Assembly (NCBI GenBank): GCA_034520625.1
Contig: JAXHNI010000004.1
Span: 55,070 to 119,069, forward strand
Direction of reading: 5' to 3'
DNA length: 64,000 bases
Source of the DNA: Gammaproteobacteria bacterium
GTDB lineage: Bacteria; Pseudomonadota; Gammaproteobacteria; Arenicellales; JAANXG01
Shown here one piece after another: positions 24,949 to 33,335 of the stretch; within the stretch, counting starts at the first letter, position 1; each line of letters starts with the position of its first letter. The position numbers and the translations under genes are program-made. The notes beneath the pieces were generated by a model. It was not told the origin of the DNA and searched no databases. It saw only the letters and a list, made by a program, of their open reading frames with translations.

Positions 24949-25584
24949 CTATATAGCATTACTTTCAACTATCGGGTCCAGCAGCCGCTTGAGCGCCGCA
25001 CGGGCCCGGTGCAGCCTGGTTTTCACCAATGGTTTGGAAATATCCAATAGTTCCGCTGTTTCAGAGGTGCTGAGTTGCTCTATATCCCGTGCTATTACGA
25101 TCGCTCGATACTCGTTCGGCAGACGGTCTATGGCAGCTCTGATTGCAGCCTGCGTTTGACCCTGTTCATACAGATTCTCGACTTCCTTCGCTTCCGAGAG
25201 CGGGGCTTCCTCGATCCGCATCCCCTGCGGATCGAATGCAGGGAGCAGATCATCCAGCGAATCCTCCCGCGTGCGGTTCCTGGATCGCAGCCGCATCAAC
25301 GCGGTGTTTGCGGTGACGCGATGCAGCCAGGTATCCAGACTGGAACGCCCCTGAAACTGGGCCATGCTGGTAAAGCATTTCAAAAGGGCTTCCTGGAGGC
25401 AATCATGTGCGTCGGCCTCGTTGCCGGTAATGCGCCGGGCAACCGCCAGCATTCGGCCGCCGTGATTCCTGACCAAAATCTCGAAAGCGCTCTCATCGCC
25501 TGCCAGGATGCCTTGTACCAGCTCCGCTTCCGTGACATCGGTTTCCGCGTGGCTCTGAGTCGTGTTCACAGGGTTGGATGCCAT
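24949..25584 (-). CDS. ECF-type RNA polymerase sigma-70 family factor
   Basis: Region 2 (FEILVRNHGGRMLAVARRITGNEADAHDCLQEALLKCF...DTWLHRVTANTALMRLR) and region 4 (LPNEYRAIVIARDIEQLSTSETAELLDISKPLVKTRLHRARAALKRLL). Confidence 0.9.
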   Translation of the reverse strand: MASNPVNTTQSHAETDVTEAELVQGILAGDESAFEILVRNHGGRMLAVARRITGNEADAHDCLQEALLKCFTSMAQFQGRSSLDTWLHRVTANTALMRLRSRNRTREDSLDDLLPAFDPQGMRIEEAPLSEAKEVENLYEQGQTQAAIRAAIDRLPNEYRAIVIARDIEQLSTSETAELLDISKPLVKTRLHRARAALKRLLDPIVESNAI

Positions 25585-25638
25585 AGGTGCTCCAGAGGTT
25601 ACACTCCTACGAGAAGGTGCGCCCCGCGGGCAGGACCG

Positions 25639-25857
25639 CTACGAGGTGGACTTTGCGCGCTCGGACAGGCATTGCTGGTAGTGCTTGTACTTCTCGTGCT
25701 CACGCCATTCATTGGCAATGGAGGCCATGTTAGCCCGGATGTGGGCTTCGGCCTGCTCCCGGCAGTCTCCTTTGGCGGCGGCGCCGGCCTGCCGTTCCAG
25801 TGAGGCGGCGCAGGCGGAAAGAATCATCGTGGCTGATAGCAGTAGAATCGCACGCAT
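25639..25857 (-). CDS. small lipoprotein (hypothetical)
   Basis: ORF 25639-25923, trimmed to MRAILLLSATMILSAC (lipobox LSAC). 72 aa. Lies between the protease and sigma genes on the same strand. Confidence 0.55.
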   Translation of the reverse strand: MRAILLLSATMILSACAASLERQAGAAAKGDCREQAEAHIRANMASIANEWREHEKYKHYQQCLSERAKSTS

Positions 25858-25977
25858 TGCTGATCTCCAGGTTCCCGTGGCGCAAGGCGCCGTGTGTTCT
25901 TCGTGCCCGGATTGTGGGCCCATGGGGATTCACCGTTAACGGTGGTTCCGTTCCAGTGTTCAGACGCGGTCACCCCG

Positions 25978-26811
25978 CTAGAAATTCCCCGAGCCGGGCG
26001 AGTGTTCGAGGATGAAGCGCATCACATCACGGGCCGGAATGGCGTACGCGGCACCGGTATTGACGTATTCACCGTCCCGGTTTTCCAGGTCAAAAGCGAA
26101 AATCATTCCCACCAGTTCCCCGTCCATGTCGAAGACGGGGCCCCCGGAATGGCCGGGTTCGACGCGTAATGCGAGCTGTATGGGTCCCTGAAAGCCGTAC
26201 TCCCCATAACCCACGCGTCGACCGAGGGCCGGGTCAGTGACGTGCCCGACTGATACGGCGCCGGGACGGTTGCCTGGGGTGCCGATGGCGAAGACCGGCT
26301 GATTCCGGCGGGCCCCGGAGGCGGGCCGGACTGCCGCAAACCGGGTTCCTGTGCCTTCGATCTGCAGCAATGCCAGTTCACGTTCGGCATCCACCTTGAG
26401 GATACGGGCGGGGTACACGCGGCCGTCTACCGTGGTCACCCTGGCCTCCAAAGACGTGCTCTTCGCGATGTGAGCCGCGGTGACGACGTAGCCGGCGGGA
26501 TCCACGATGACGCCGCTTGCGCCGGTGATGATCTCCGGTCCCGGTTCGTGTCCACGATTCCGGCGTGGTGACGCCTGGTTCATGACCACGTTCATGACTA
26601 CGAGTTTCACGTAGGAGCGTGACGCCGATTCGGCAGTTACCCGGAGGATTTCCATATCGAAATGCGGGGAAGCGGACTGTGCAAAGCGCAGCTGCACCGG
26701 CCCGCGTCCGCCTGGCGGTCCGGTGCAGGCAGCAGCAGTGAACGTCAGCAGAAACAGAATGAAGGTGCCCGCCGGCCGCCCGGCAATCCGCTTGGTAAAG
26801 GTGGGCGACAT
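25978..26811 (-). CDS. trypsin-like serine protease (S1C/DegP-like core, no PDZ), probable lipoprotein
   Basis: N-terminal LLTFTAAAC. Catalytic triad context: VVTAAHIA (His), DAERELALLQI (Asp), GHSGGPVFDMDGELVGM (Ser). Confidence 0.85.
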   Translation of the reverse strand: MSPTFTKRIAGRPAGTFILFLLTFTAAACTGPPGGRGPVQLRFAQSASPHFDMEILRVTAESASRSYVKLVVMNVVMNQASPRRNRGHEPGPEIITGASGVIVDPAGYVVTAAHIAKSTSLEARVTTVDGRVYPARILKVDAERELALLQIEGTGTRFAAVRPASGARRNQPVFAIGTPGNRPGAVSVGHVTDPALGRRVGYGEYGFQGPIQLALRVEPGHSGGPVFDMDGELVGMIFAFDLENRDGEYVNTGAAYAIPARDVMRFILEHSPGSGNF

Positions 26812-26871
26812 CGATTTGCGGGCCTGGTGTCCTGTTGATCTGGTTCTCCATACGTCCGCACTCGCAAGGCA

Positions 26872-26899
26872 AAGTTCCGGAAACGGATAGATGGAACTT
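26872..26899. promoter_or_regulatory. inverted pair AAGTTCC-N14-GGAACTT in the protease-operon/porin divergent region (candidate back-to-back ECF -35 boxes or a dimer site)
   Basis: Read directly. GGAAC(TT) is the common ECF -35 core. No convincing -10 at canonical spacing on either side, so the call is weak. Confidence 0.3.
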
Positions 26900-27043
26900 T
26901 AGCCGGCCGGGAATAAATTCAGAAGAGCCGCCGTCTTGCTCTTACCTTGACGAAATAACAACAAGCAGTGTTGCAGGGATACAACACGCGCCCCGCGGGC
27001 GGAGATCACCCAATCGTGATCAACAAACAATGAGGACGACGTT

Positions 27044-28417
27044 ATGAACCATACTCCAACGCGGACACAGATATCCCGTAGTGTCCGATCCATTCTGATC
27101 GGTTCGAGCACCGCGCTGGCGCTCTCCGCGGGCGGCGGCGTGGTGGCGGCCGAACCCCAGGACATCGATGTTCTGAAGGATCAAGTGCGGATGCTGATGG
27201 AACGCATCGACGAATTGGAACAGCAACAGGCCGCTTCCGACCGAAAAACCACTGAACACGAAGAGCAGTTATCCCAGGCCAAGGAGCGGGTGGAAACGGC
27301 GCCGGCCAATGTCGTTACCGCCGGGGACACTCCGGGATCCTTCAAGATTCCCGGAACCGATACTTCCGTTTCGATCAGCGGCTACGTCAAGGGCGACGTC
27401 ATCTACGACCTGGATGCCGACGTCGGCGACAGCTTTTCGGTGGGCGCCATCCCGAACGACGGAGTGAGTACCAAGGACAACGTTCGGCTGCACGCCCGGC
27501 AATCCCGCCTGAGAGTGGGCACCAATACGGATGTCGGCAACGGAAGCTCTATTGACACGCTTATCGAGGGTGACTTCTTCGGTTCCGGCGGCAACGAGCT
27601 GTTCTCCAATTCATCGGGTTTCCGCATACGCCACGCCTACGGTGAATACAACACCCCGGGTGGTAGTTTCCTTGCGGGGCAGACCTGGACGCTGTTCGGC
27701 GGCTTCAACTACGTGCCGACGGTGGACTTCTTTGCGCCCAATGGCCAGACCTTCCTGCGCCAGGGCCAGGTTCGCTGGACGCTGCCAAATGGCTTTGCCG
27801 TCGGTCTGGAGAACCCGGAAACCTTCTTCGGTTTCGGCCAGACGGCCGAGTCGGTGGATGAGCTGCCTGATCTGGTGGCGAAATGGACCGGTGGGCCGGG
27901 CGGTGCCGGCGGCACCTATAACATATCCGGGGTGGTGCGCCAGGTCGGGGGCATCGGGACCGGCATTGATGGTGCCGCGTTCGACGATACCGAGACGGCG
28001 TGGGGCATCCATGCCGGCGGTACCTGGGATCTGGACTCGGTCCTGTTCACCACGGGCGTCGCCCTTGGTGACGGCCTGGGCCGGTATCACCTGGCCAACA
28101 CTTCGGCCGGCGTTGTCGGCGTTGGCGGCCAGCTCGAGACCATTGAGCAGTATGGCGTGACCGCGGGTCTGACGTTCCGTACGTCGGATACGTCTTCGGT
28201 CAACTTAAACCTCGGGTATTCAGAACGCGATGACGAGTTCGCCGCGCTGACTCCGACTGCCGACGAGAACGGGTTGTCGCTTCACGCCAACTACATGTGG
28301 AGCCCGTGGCCGGGTACAAACTTCGGCGTAGAAGTCATCCATGGCCAGAGGGAGCAGTTCGACGGCGTTGACGGCGACGCGACTCGCCTGCAGTTCGGCG
28401 CCCAGCGCAGCTTCTGA
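27044..28417 (+). CDS. outer-membrane porin, DcaP-like (N-terminal coiled coil + beta-barrel)
   Basis: Signal peptide, then coiled coil DIDVLKDQVRMLMERIDELEQQQAAS. Alternating amphipathic strands follow (FKIPGTDTSVSISGYVKGDVIYDL...). C-terminal ...LQFGAQRSF ends in Phe. Confidence 0.8.
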   Translation: MNHTPTRTQISRSVRSILIGSSTALALSAGGGVVAAEPQDIDVLKDQVRMLMERIDELEQQQAASDRKTTEHEEQLSQAKERVETAPANVVTAGDTPGSFKIPGTDTSVSISGYVKGDVIYDLDADVGDSFSVGAIPNDGVSTKDNVRLHARQSRLRVGTNTDVGNGSSIDTLIEGDFFGSGGNELFSNSSGFRIRHAYGEYNTPGGSFLAGQTWTLFGGFNYVPTVDFFAPNGQTFLRQGQVRWTLPNGFAVGLENPETFFGFGQTAESVDELPDLVAKWTGGPGGAGGTYNISGVVRQVGGIGTGIDGAAFDDTETAWGIHAGGTWDLDSVLFTTGVALGDGLGRYHLANTSAGVVGVGGQLETIEQYGVTAGLTFRTSDTSSVNLNLGYSERDDEFAALTPTADENGLSLHANYMWSPWPGTNFGVEVIHGQREQFDGVDGDATRLQFGAQRSF

Positions 28418-28462
28418 CGAGGCTGTATCACACACGGGCTGATGGAGCAGCTATGAAGTACC

Positions 28463-28496
28463 GATCCCCGCCGGGTTGCCGGCGGGGATCTTTTTC
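28463..28496 (+). terminator. rho-independent terminator after the porin gene
   Basis: GATCCCCGCCGG-GTTG-CCGGCGGGGATC followed by TTTTTCATT. Confidence 0.8.
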
Positions 28497-28522
28497 ATTC
28501 GAGATCTTCCGCGCAGCAATTC

Positions 28523-30595
28523 ATGTCCTTGAAGCAGGCAATTCGATTGCATGAGCAAGGGAACCTACGGGGGGCCGAGCTCGAGTACCGCCGGGTTCTG
28601 GCCGGCGATGCAGGCTGTCACGAAGCCCTGCACGGGCTCGGGCTCATCATGCATCAGAACGGGCGGCATGAGCTGGGGATATCGCTGATCGGCAAAGCCC
28701 TGGAGTTGTATCCAGGCGCTGCCGACTACCATTACCACCTTGCGGAAGTACTGCGCGCGGCGGGGCGATGCGATGAGGCGGTTCCCGAGTACCGGGAGGC
28801 GATCCGCTTGGCAGCCAGGGAAGCGGACTACTACTTCGGCTTGGGCAACGCCCTGGCGGAACTGGGTTCCGACACTGAATCCGTACAGGCTTACCAGCAG
28901 GCCCTGCGCCTGGATCCGGAGGATGCCGAGCTACACAACAACCTCGGCAATGGACTGGCCGCAATCGGAGACATTGAGCGGGCTGTCGAGCACCTGCGGC
29001 GAGCCGTGACGCTTTCCCCGGGCTACGCGGAAGCTCATCACAATCTGGCACTGGTGCTGGAGGAGTCCGGCAGCCTGAGCGAGGCGGTCGGGCACGCCCG
29101 GCGGGCCTGCGAGGTGTCGCCGGACAGGGCGGAGGCCCTGGCAAACCTCGGACGGCTCCTGGATCGGTCGGGAGATACATCCGGCGCAGTGTGGTGTTAC
29201 CGCAAGGCGGTCGAGCGGGCTGTGTACGACCCGGCGCTGCTGGCCAGCATCGCCAAGAAACTGCGCATGGCCGGGTATGCGCGCGATGCGGCCGGTGCTT
29301 ATCAGGCCGCCATTGAAAAGGAGCCGGCAAATCCGGTGTATCGAGCGGGCCATTGCCATTGCCTGATTCAGCTGCATCGCTTTGCGGAAGCCGAAGCGGA
29401 AAGCCGACGAGCGCTCGAGCTCGAACCGGATTGTCCAGCCGCGCTCGGCACCCTGGCGGTGTGTCTGCAAACCCGCGGACGTTTCGACGATGCGGTGGAA
29501 CTGCTGCGCCTGGCCCTCCGGCGTGATCCGACACTTACGGAAGCCGCCTACCTCCTGGCCGCCAATGGTGGATATGACGTGTCGGATGGGGAACTGGAGC
29601 TCTGGGAGCACTTCCTGGACAGTCCCGAGTTGTCGAGCGAAAAGCGCTGTCACCTTCATTTCGCGGTAGCAAAGGCGTATGAACGCCGTGGCCGGTACGA
29701 TACAGCGTTCAGGCATTTTCAGCAGGCCAACGGGATCAAGGCTCGCCTTTATCCATTCGATGCGCGCCGTCACGGTGAGTTCGTCGAGCGGATCATGGCG
29801 ACATTCACCCCGGATTTCTTTGAACAGAGACGCGATTTCGGAATCGATGACGCGAGACCCGTTTTCGTTATCGGCATGCCTCGAAGCGGCTCCACGCTTG
29901 TGGAGCAGATATTGTCCCGTCACCCGGATGTGTCGGGCATGGGAGAACACCCGGAAATGCGGGAGATCATGCGGGAGCTTCCCGGATTGATTGACGATGG
30001 GCGGCCGGCGCCGGAGTGCTGCAGCGCCGTGTCCGCGGAGCTTTCCCGGACATTGGCGCGGCGTTATCTGGCCAGCATTGCGGAGCCCGGTGAAACTGCG
30101 GTAAGGATCTGCGACAAGATGCTGGGCAACTTTCTGCGCCTTGGGCTAATCGCTTTGCTGTTTCCCCGCGCGCGGGTGGTGAACTGCGTCCGGAACCCGC
30201 TGGATACCTGTGTGTCCTGTTTTACGCAGGATTTCGCCCAGGGGCTTCGTTTTACTACTGATCTGGAGCACCTGGCTCTGTTCCATCGGAGCTACCGGGC
30301 ATTGCTGGCGCATTGGCGGCACAGCCTGCCTCTGCCCATCCTGGACGTCAAATACGAATCGCTGGTGGAAGATCTGGCAACTGTAAGCCGCGAGCTGGTG
30401 GAGTTCTGTGGTTTGCCCTGGGATGATGCATGTCTGGACCCGCACCTCGGTCAACGCGATGTCGCGACAGCCAGCGTATGGCAGGCGCGGCAGCCTGTTT
30501 ACACGAGCTCCATTGAGCGCTGGCGACGCTATGAAAAGCACCTGGGCCCGTTGATCGATGGTCTGCGGGAAGCAGGCATCGTAGATGCGGCGTAA
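28523..30595 (+). CDS. TPR-repeat protein with C-terminal sulfotransferase domain
   Basis: About 330 aa of TPR repeats (AEYHYHLAEVLRAAGRCDEAVPEYREAIRL..., AELHNNLGNGLAAIGDIERAVEHLRRAVTL...). Then the PAPS-binding 5'-PSB-like motif FVIGMPRSGSTLVEQILSRHPDV. Confidence 0.85.
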   Translation: MSLKQAIRLHEQGNLRGAELEYRRVLAGDAGCHEALHGLGLIMHQNGRHELGISLIGKALELYPGAADYHYHLAEVLRAAGRCDEAVPEYREAIRLAAREADYYFGLGNALAELGSDTESVQAYQQALRLDPEDAELHNNLGNGLAAIGDIERAVEHLRRAVTLSPGYAEAHHNLALVLEESGSLSEAVGHARRACEVSPDRAEALANLGRLLDRSGDTSGAVWCYRKAVERAVYDPALLASIAKKLRMAGYARDAAGAYQAAIEKEPANPVYRAGHCHCLIQLHRFAEAEAESRRALELEPDCPAALGTLAVCLQTRGRFDDAVELLRLALRRDPTLTEAAYLLAANGGYDVSDGELELWEHFLDSPELSSEKRCHLHFAVAKAYERRGRYDTAFRHFQQANGIKARLYPFDARRHGEFVERIMATFTPDFFEQRRDFGIDDARPVFVIGMPRSGSTLVEQILSRHPDVSGMGEHPEMREIMRELPGLIDDGRPAPECCSAVSAELSRTLARRYLASIAEPGETAVRICDKMLGNFLRLGLIALLFPRARVVNCVRNPLDTCVSCFTQDFAQGLRFTTDLEHLALFHRSYRALLAHWRHSLPLPILDVKYESLVEDLATVSRELVEFCGLPWDDACLDPHLGQRDVATASVWQARQPVYTSSIERWRRYEKHLGPLIDGLREAGIVDAA

Positions 30596-31226
30596 GTGGG
30601 TATATGCAGCGGGGTTGGTCGTCTGTGTCTTGCTAGTACCTCTGCGGACAACGGCTGATCCGGTCGGGGAGGTCGCGGTGTCGGCGGTAATCGAACATGC
30701 GCCCGCCCGGGAGTTGGAAAAGGCGGATGTCGTGTATCCCCTGGCGGTATTGGAAGGTGCGGGTTGGGAATGGCCGGGTATCGAGCGGGCGGTACGACAG
30801 GTCGAGGAAATATTCGGTCAGTGCGGGGTTGCCGTCACTGTTGGACACATTTATCTGCTGTCGGCGCCCGATGACTTTTTGGAGCTGGACGAGTCGATGC
30901 AGTCCCGGCTCCTGGACAGGCTTCCGGAGTCCAGGCCGGCGGCGTTGCTGGTGGGCCGAACCACTGATCAAGATACGGCGTATTCCTATCTGGTGTCGGC
31001 GCCGGTGCCGAGCCGGGGCACCGCATGGGTGACCAGAGCCAGCCGGCCGGTGTGCCTCGGTGTTCTTCTGGCCCATGAGCTCGGCCACATACTATTGAAT
31101 ACAGCCCGTCACAACAGGGATCCGGAGAACTTAATGTCCTATACCTGTACCATCTCGAATATACAAAGATCCGCGATTGGCGCCCGACTGAGTGCTTCCC
31201 AGTGCAGGCAGCTGCGTGAACGATAG
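30585..31226 (+). CDS. secreted HExxH metalloprotease-like protein (hypothetical)
   Basis: Overlaps the upstream stop by 11 nt. Signal-like N-terminus MRRKWVYAAGLVVCVLLVPLRTTA. Motif LLAHELGHILLNTARHNRDPENLMSY (HExxH plus a possible Met-turn). Confidence 0.6.
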   Translation: MRRKWVYAAGLVVCVLLVPLRTTADPVGEVAVSAVIEHAPARELEKADVVYPLAVLEGAGWEWPGIERAVRQVEEIFGQCGVAVTVGHIYLLSAPDDFLELDESMQSRLLDRLPESRPAALLVGRTTDQDTAYSYLVSAPVPSRGTAWVTRASRPVCLGVLLAHELGHILLNTARHNRDPENLMSYTCTISNIQRSAIGARLSASQCRQLRER

Positions 31227-31314
31227 ATCCCGGTGCTGTTCGGTGCCCTGGATGCCGTTGACCCCGATCGCTTTCGATTGACGGAACATACCTTCGCGCT
31301 GCGGGTCTCAGTAT

Positions 31315-31346
31315 TCAAGAAAAAGGGGGGCGCGACCGCGCCCCCC
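31315..31346 (-). terminator. minus-strand-oriented intrinsic terminator hairpin with no annotated minus-strand gene upstream
   Basis: The plus strand reads AAGAAAAA-GGGGGGCGCG-AC-CGCGCCCCCC-TCAAAT. On the minus strand the 10-bp GC stem is followed by TTTTTCTT. Confidence 0.5.
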
Positions 31347-31528
31347 TCAAATCCCGATATACGGGATGAACTATGTTTAAAAAACGCCGCGAACACACCG
31401 CAATAAATGCGCCCGTGACAATTCTTAAGACGCATGGAGGGCTTGAATATTCCTGTTGTCGCTGAAGACGTTCCGGACCTCCTCCGGGCGCGCGGCACCC
31501 CGCCGACGCCGAACGGAGTGGACGGGCA

Positions 31529-32074
31529 ATGATGCGGGCGCCCCATCCTGCATTGCACCGGCGCATGGAAGCCGTGCGGCCGAAGCTCTTTCGCACCGCA
31601 TTTGCCTGGTGCCACAACCGCGACCTTGCTGAGGACCTTGCGCAGGAGACGCTGGCCAAGGCCTTGACGAAAGTCGGACAACTGAGGTCCATCGATGCCC
31701 TGGAGGGTTGGTTGTTTCGAATCATGGCGAATCTTTGGCGGGACCATGTACGCAGGGACCGTCCCATGGACACCATGGAGGACGTGGACGTCAGGACCGA
31801 GGAAACACCAGAGGACATCAACAGCCAGCAGCAGACCGTCGCCCGTGTACGACGCGCTCTGGGGCAGTTGCCGGACAACTACCGGGTTGCATTGACCCTG
31901 GTGGACCTGGAGGGCTTTTCCTACTCCGAAACCGCCTCGATCATGGAAGTTCCCGTGGGAACGGTCATGAGCCGGCTGTCACGCGGAAGAAGTCAGCTCG
32001 CTAAGCTGTTGAAGGAATCCGGTAATACGAGCGAACTCCCTGCGGTGACATCCCACGTGAAACAGGTGAAATGA
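31529..32074 (+). CDS. ECF-type RNA polymerase sigma factor
   Basis: Region 2 (LFRTAFAWCHNRDLAEDLAQETLAKAL...GWLFRIMANLWRDHVRR) and region 4 (LPDNYRVALTLVDLEGFSYSETASIMEVPVGTVMSRLSRGRSQLAKLL). Confidence 0.9.
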   Translation: MMRAPHPALHRRMEAVRPKLFRTAFAWCHNRDLAEDLAQETLAKALTKVGQLRSIDALEGWLFRIMANLWRDHVRRDRPMDTMEDVDVRTEETPEDINSQQQTVARVRRALGQLPDNYRVALTLVDLEGFSYSETASIMEVPVGTVMSRLSRGRSQLAKLLKESGNTSELPAVTSHVKQVK

Positions 32075-32104
32075 AACAGCCGAACGCAAGCGGGCCGGGT
32101 GCCG

Positions 32105-32138
32105 GAAAAAATCAGGGGCCAATTTGCATTGGCCCCTG
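32105..32138 (-). terminator. second minus-strand-oriented terminator hairpin, just after the plus-strand sigma gene stop
   Basis: The plus strand reads GAAAAAAT-CAGGGGCCAAT-TTGC-ATTGGCCCCTG-AAATCC. On the minus strand the stem is followed by ATTTTTTCC. Confidence 0.5.
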
Positions 32139-32531
32139 AAATCCCTGCGGGACGATGCAGTCCTTGCTCAGGAGATGTCAGGAACATGTCCGTGAAAACG
32201 GCGATGTCCATGACACAGGACAAGACGAGGCCGGCACGAAATTATTCCATTGGTGAGACGATGCAACTTGAGGTTGTCGGGGTCCGCCGGAACTACCGGC
32301 CGCCGGGAATAAATCCTGTTGCAGAAACGTCTCGTTTCCAGTTGCCAAATCCAGTTTTGGTATAGTGATTGCTTTTCCCATGGGTGATGCCTGCTGGAGT
32401 ACCATCCCGACGAAACTCGAGGACGAACAGCGAATGTCTGAGGAAGCAGATTTCCGCAGAACCATGTTGACCCTAGCCGGCAGTTCGCGGGCGTATGCAA
32501 GCGTGCTCCGGGCGCGCGGGGGGAGACGGGG

Positions 32532-33275
32532 GTGCCGATGACCGATGATTACAGATTTTCCGATGAACTGTTGAATGCCTATGTCGACGGTGAGCTTGTT
32601 GACGAGGAGCGGCGGTTCATCGACGAAGCCATGCGCAGCGACGACCGCCTCCGTGAACGGGTGCAGGAGCTGCAAGGCCTTAAATCATTGGTCAGGGACG
32701 CTTACCAGGATGAGATCCCCATGCGCGAGGTGGTTGCCGGTCGCCGTCTTTGGAACACAGCGGCTCTGGCGGCGTCCGTGGCTGCTTTTGCCGTGGGGGT
32801 TGCCGTTACCTGGGGGGTGTATACGTATACTGATTCGGCCGGCGGGCCCCGCGTGGCATCATTGTCGAGCCAGGACGAGGGTAACAGCGGCGACGTTCAG
32901 GGCGCTGTCAAAGTGGTGTTTCATGTGAGCAGGGATGATCCGGAAAAGCTGATCGATATCCTCAATGAGGCCGAAGCGCTGCTGACCACCACGACACGGG
33001 CGGGTACAACCGCTTCGGTGCGGATTATTGCCAGCGGTGAGGGGTTGTCACTGTTCGAGAACCGGCCCACCTCGGCGACGGAACGCGTCACAGAGATGAA
33101 GGCGGCGTATGAGGGAGATTTGATTTTCAGTGGCTGCGGAGTTGCATACGACCAACTGAAGGAACAACGGCCGGACGGCAAGCTGGAGCTCTTGCCGGCG
33201 ATCAAGCTCGTGGATCTGGGGGTTCTGGAGCTCATGCGCCGGCAGCGTGAAGGTTGGGCGTATATCCGCTTGTGA
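32532..33275 (+). CDS. membrane anti-sigma factor with a C-terminal DsrE/DsrF-like (COG1416-type) domain
   Basis: N-terminal anti-sigma region (LLNAYVDGELVDEERRFIDEAMRSDDRLRERVQELQGLKSLVRDAY). One TM (AALAASVAAFAVGVAVTWGVY). The C-terminal domain starts VKVVFHVSRDDPEKLIDILNEAEALL and ends GVLELMRRQREGWAYIRL*, which resembles the COG1416 DsrE-like fold. Confidence 0.7.
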   Translation: MPMTDDYRFSDELLNAYVDGELVDEERRFIDEAMRSDDRLRERVQELQGLKSLVRDAYQDEIPMREVVAGRRLWNTAALAASVAAFAVGVAVTWGVYTYTDSAGGPRVASLSSQDEGNSGDVQGAVKVVFHVSRDDPEKLIDILNEAEALLTTTTRAGTTASVRIIASGEGLSLFENRPTSATERVTEMKAAYEGDLIFSGCGVAYDQLKEQRPDGKLELLPAIKLVDLGVLELMRRQREGWAYIRL

Positions 33276-33335
33276 AGCCGGGGGCTGCCGGACGGACTTC
33301 CACCGAGTCGTTTCCTGCATCGTCCCGCGCTGTTT

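Noticed and set aside
32099-32500. ORFs in the sigma/anti-sigma spacer: 32099-32365 (+, 88 aa), 32168-32500 (-, 110 aa), and an internal minus-strand ATG ORF of about 96 aa.
   Set aside because: They have no convincing RBS, no hydrophobic or structured pattern and no recognisable motif. The region is reported as a possible non-coding RNA or small-ORF locus rather than annotated as CDS.
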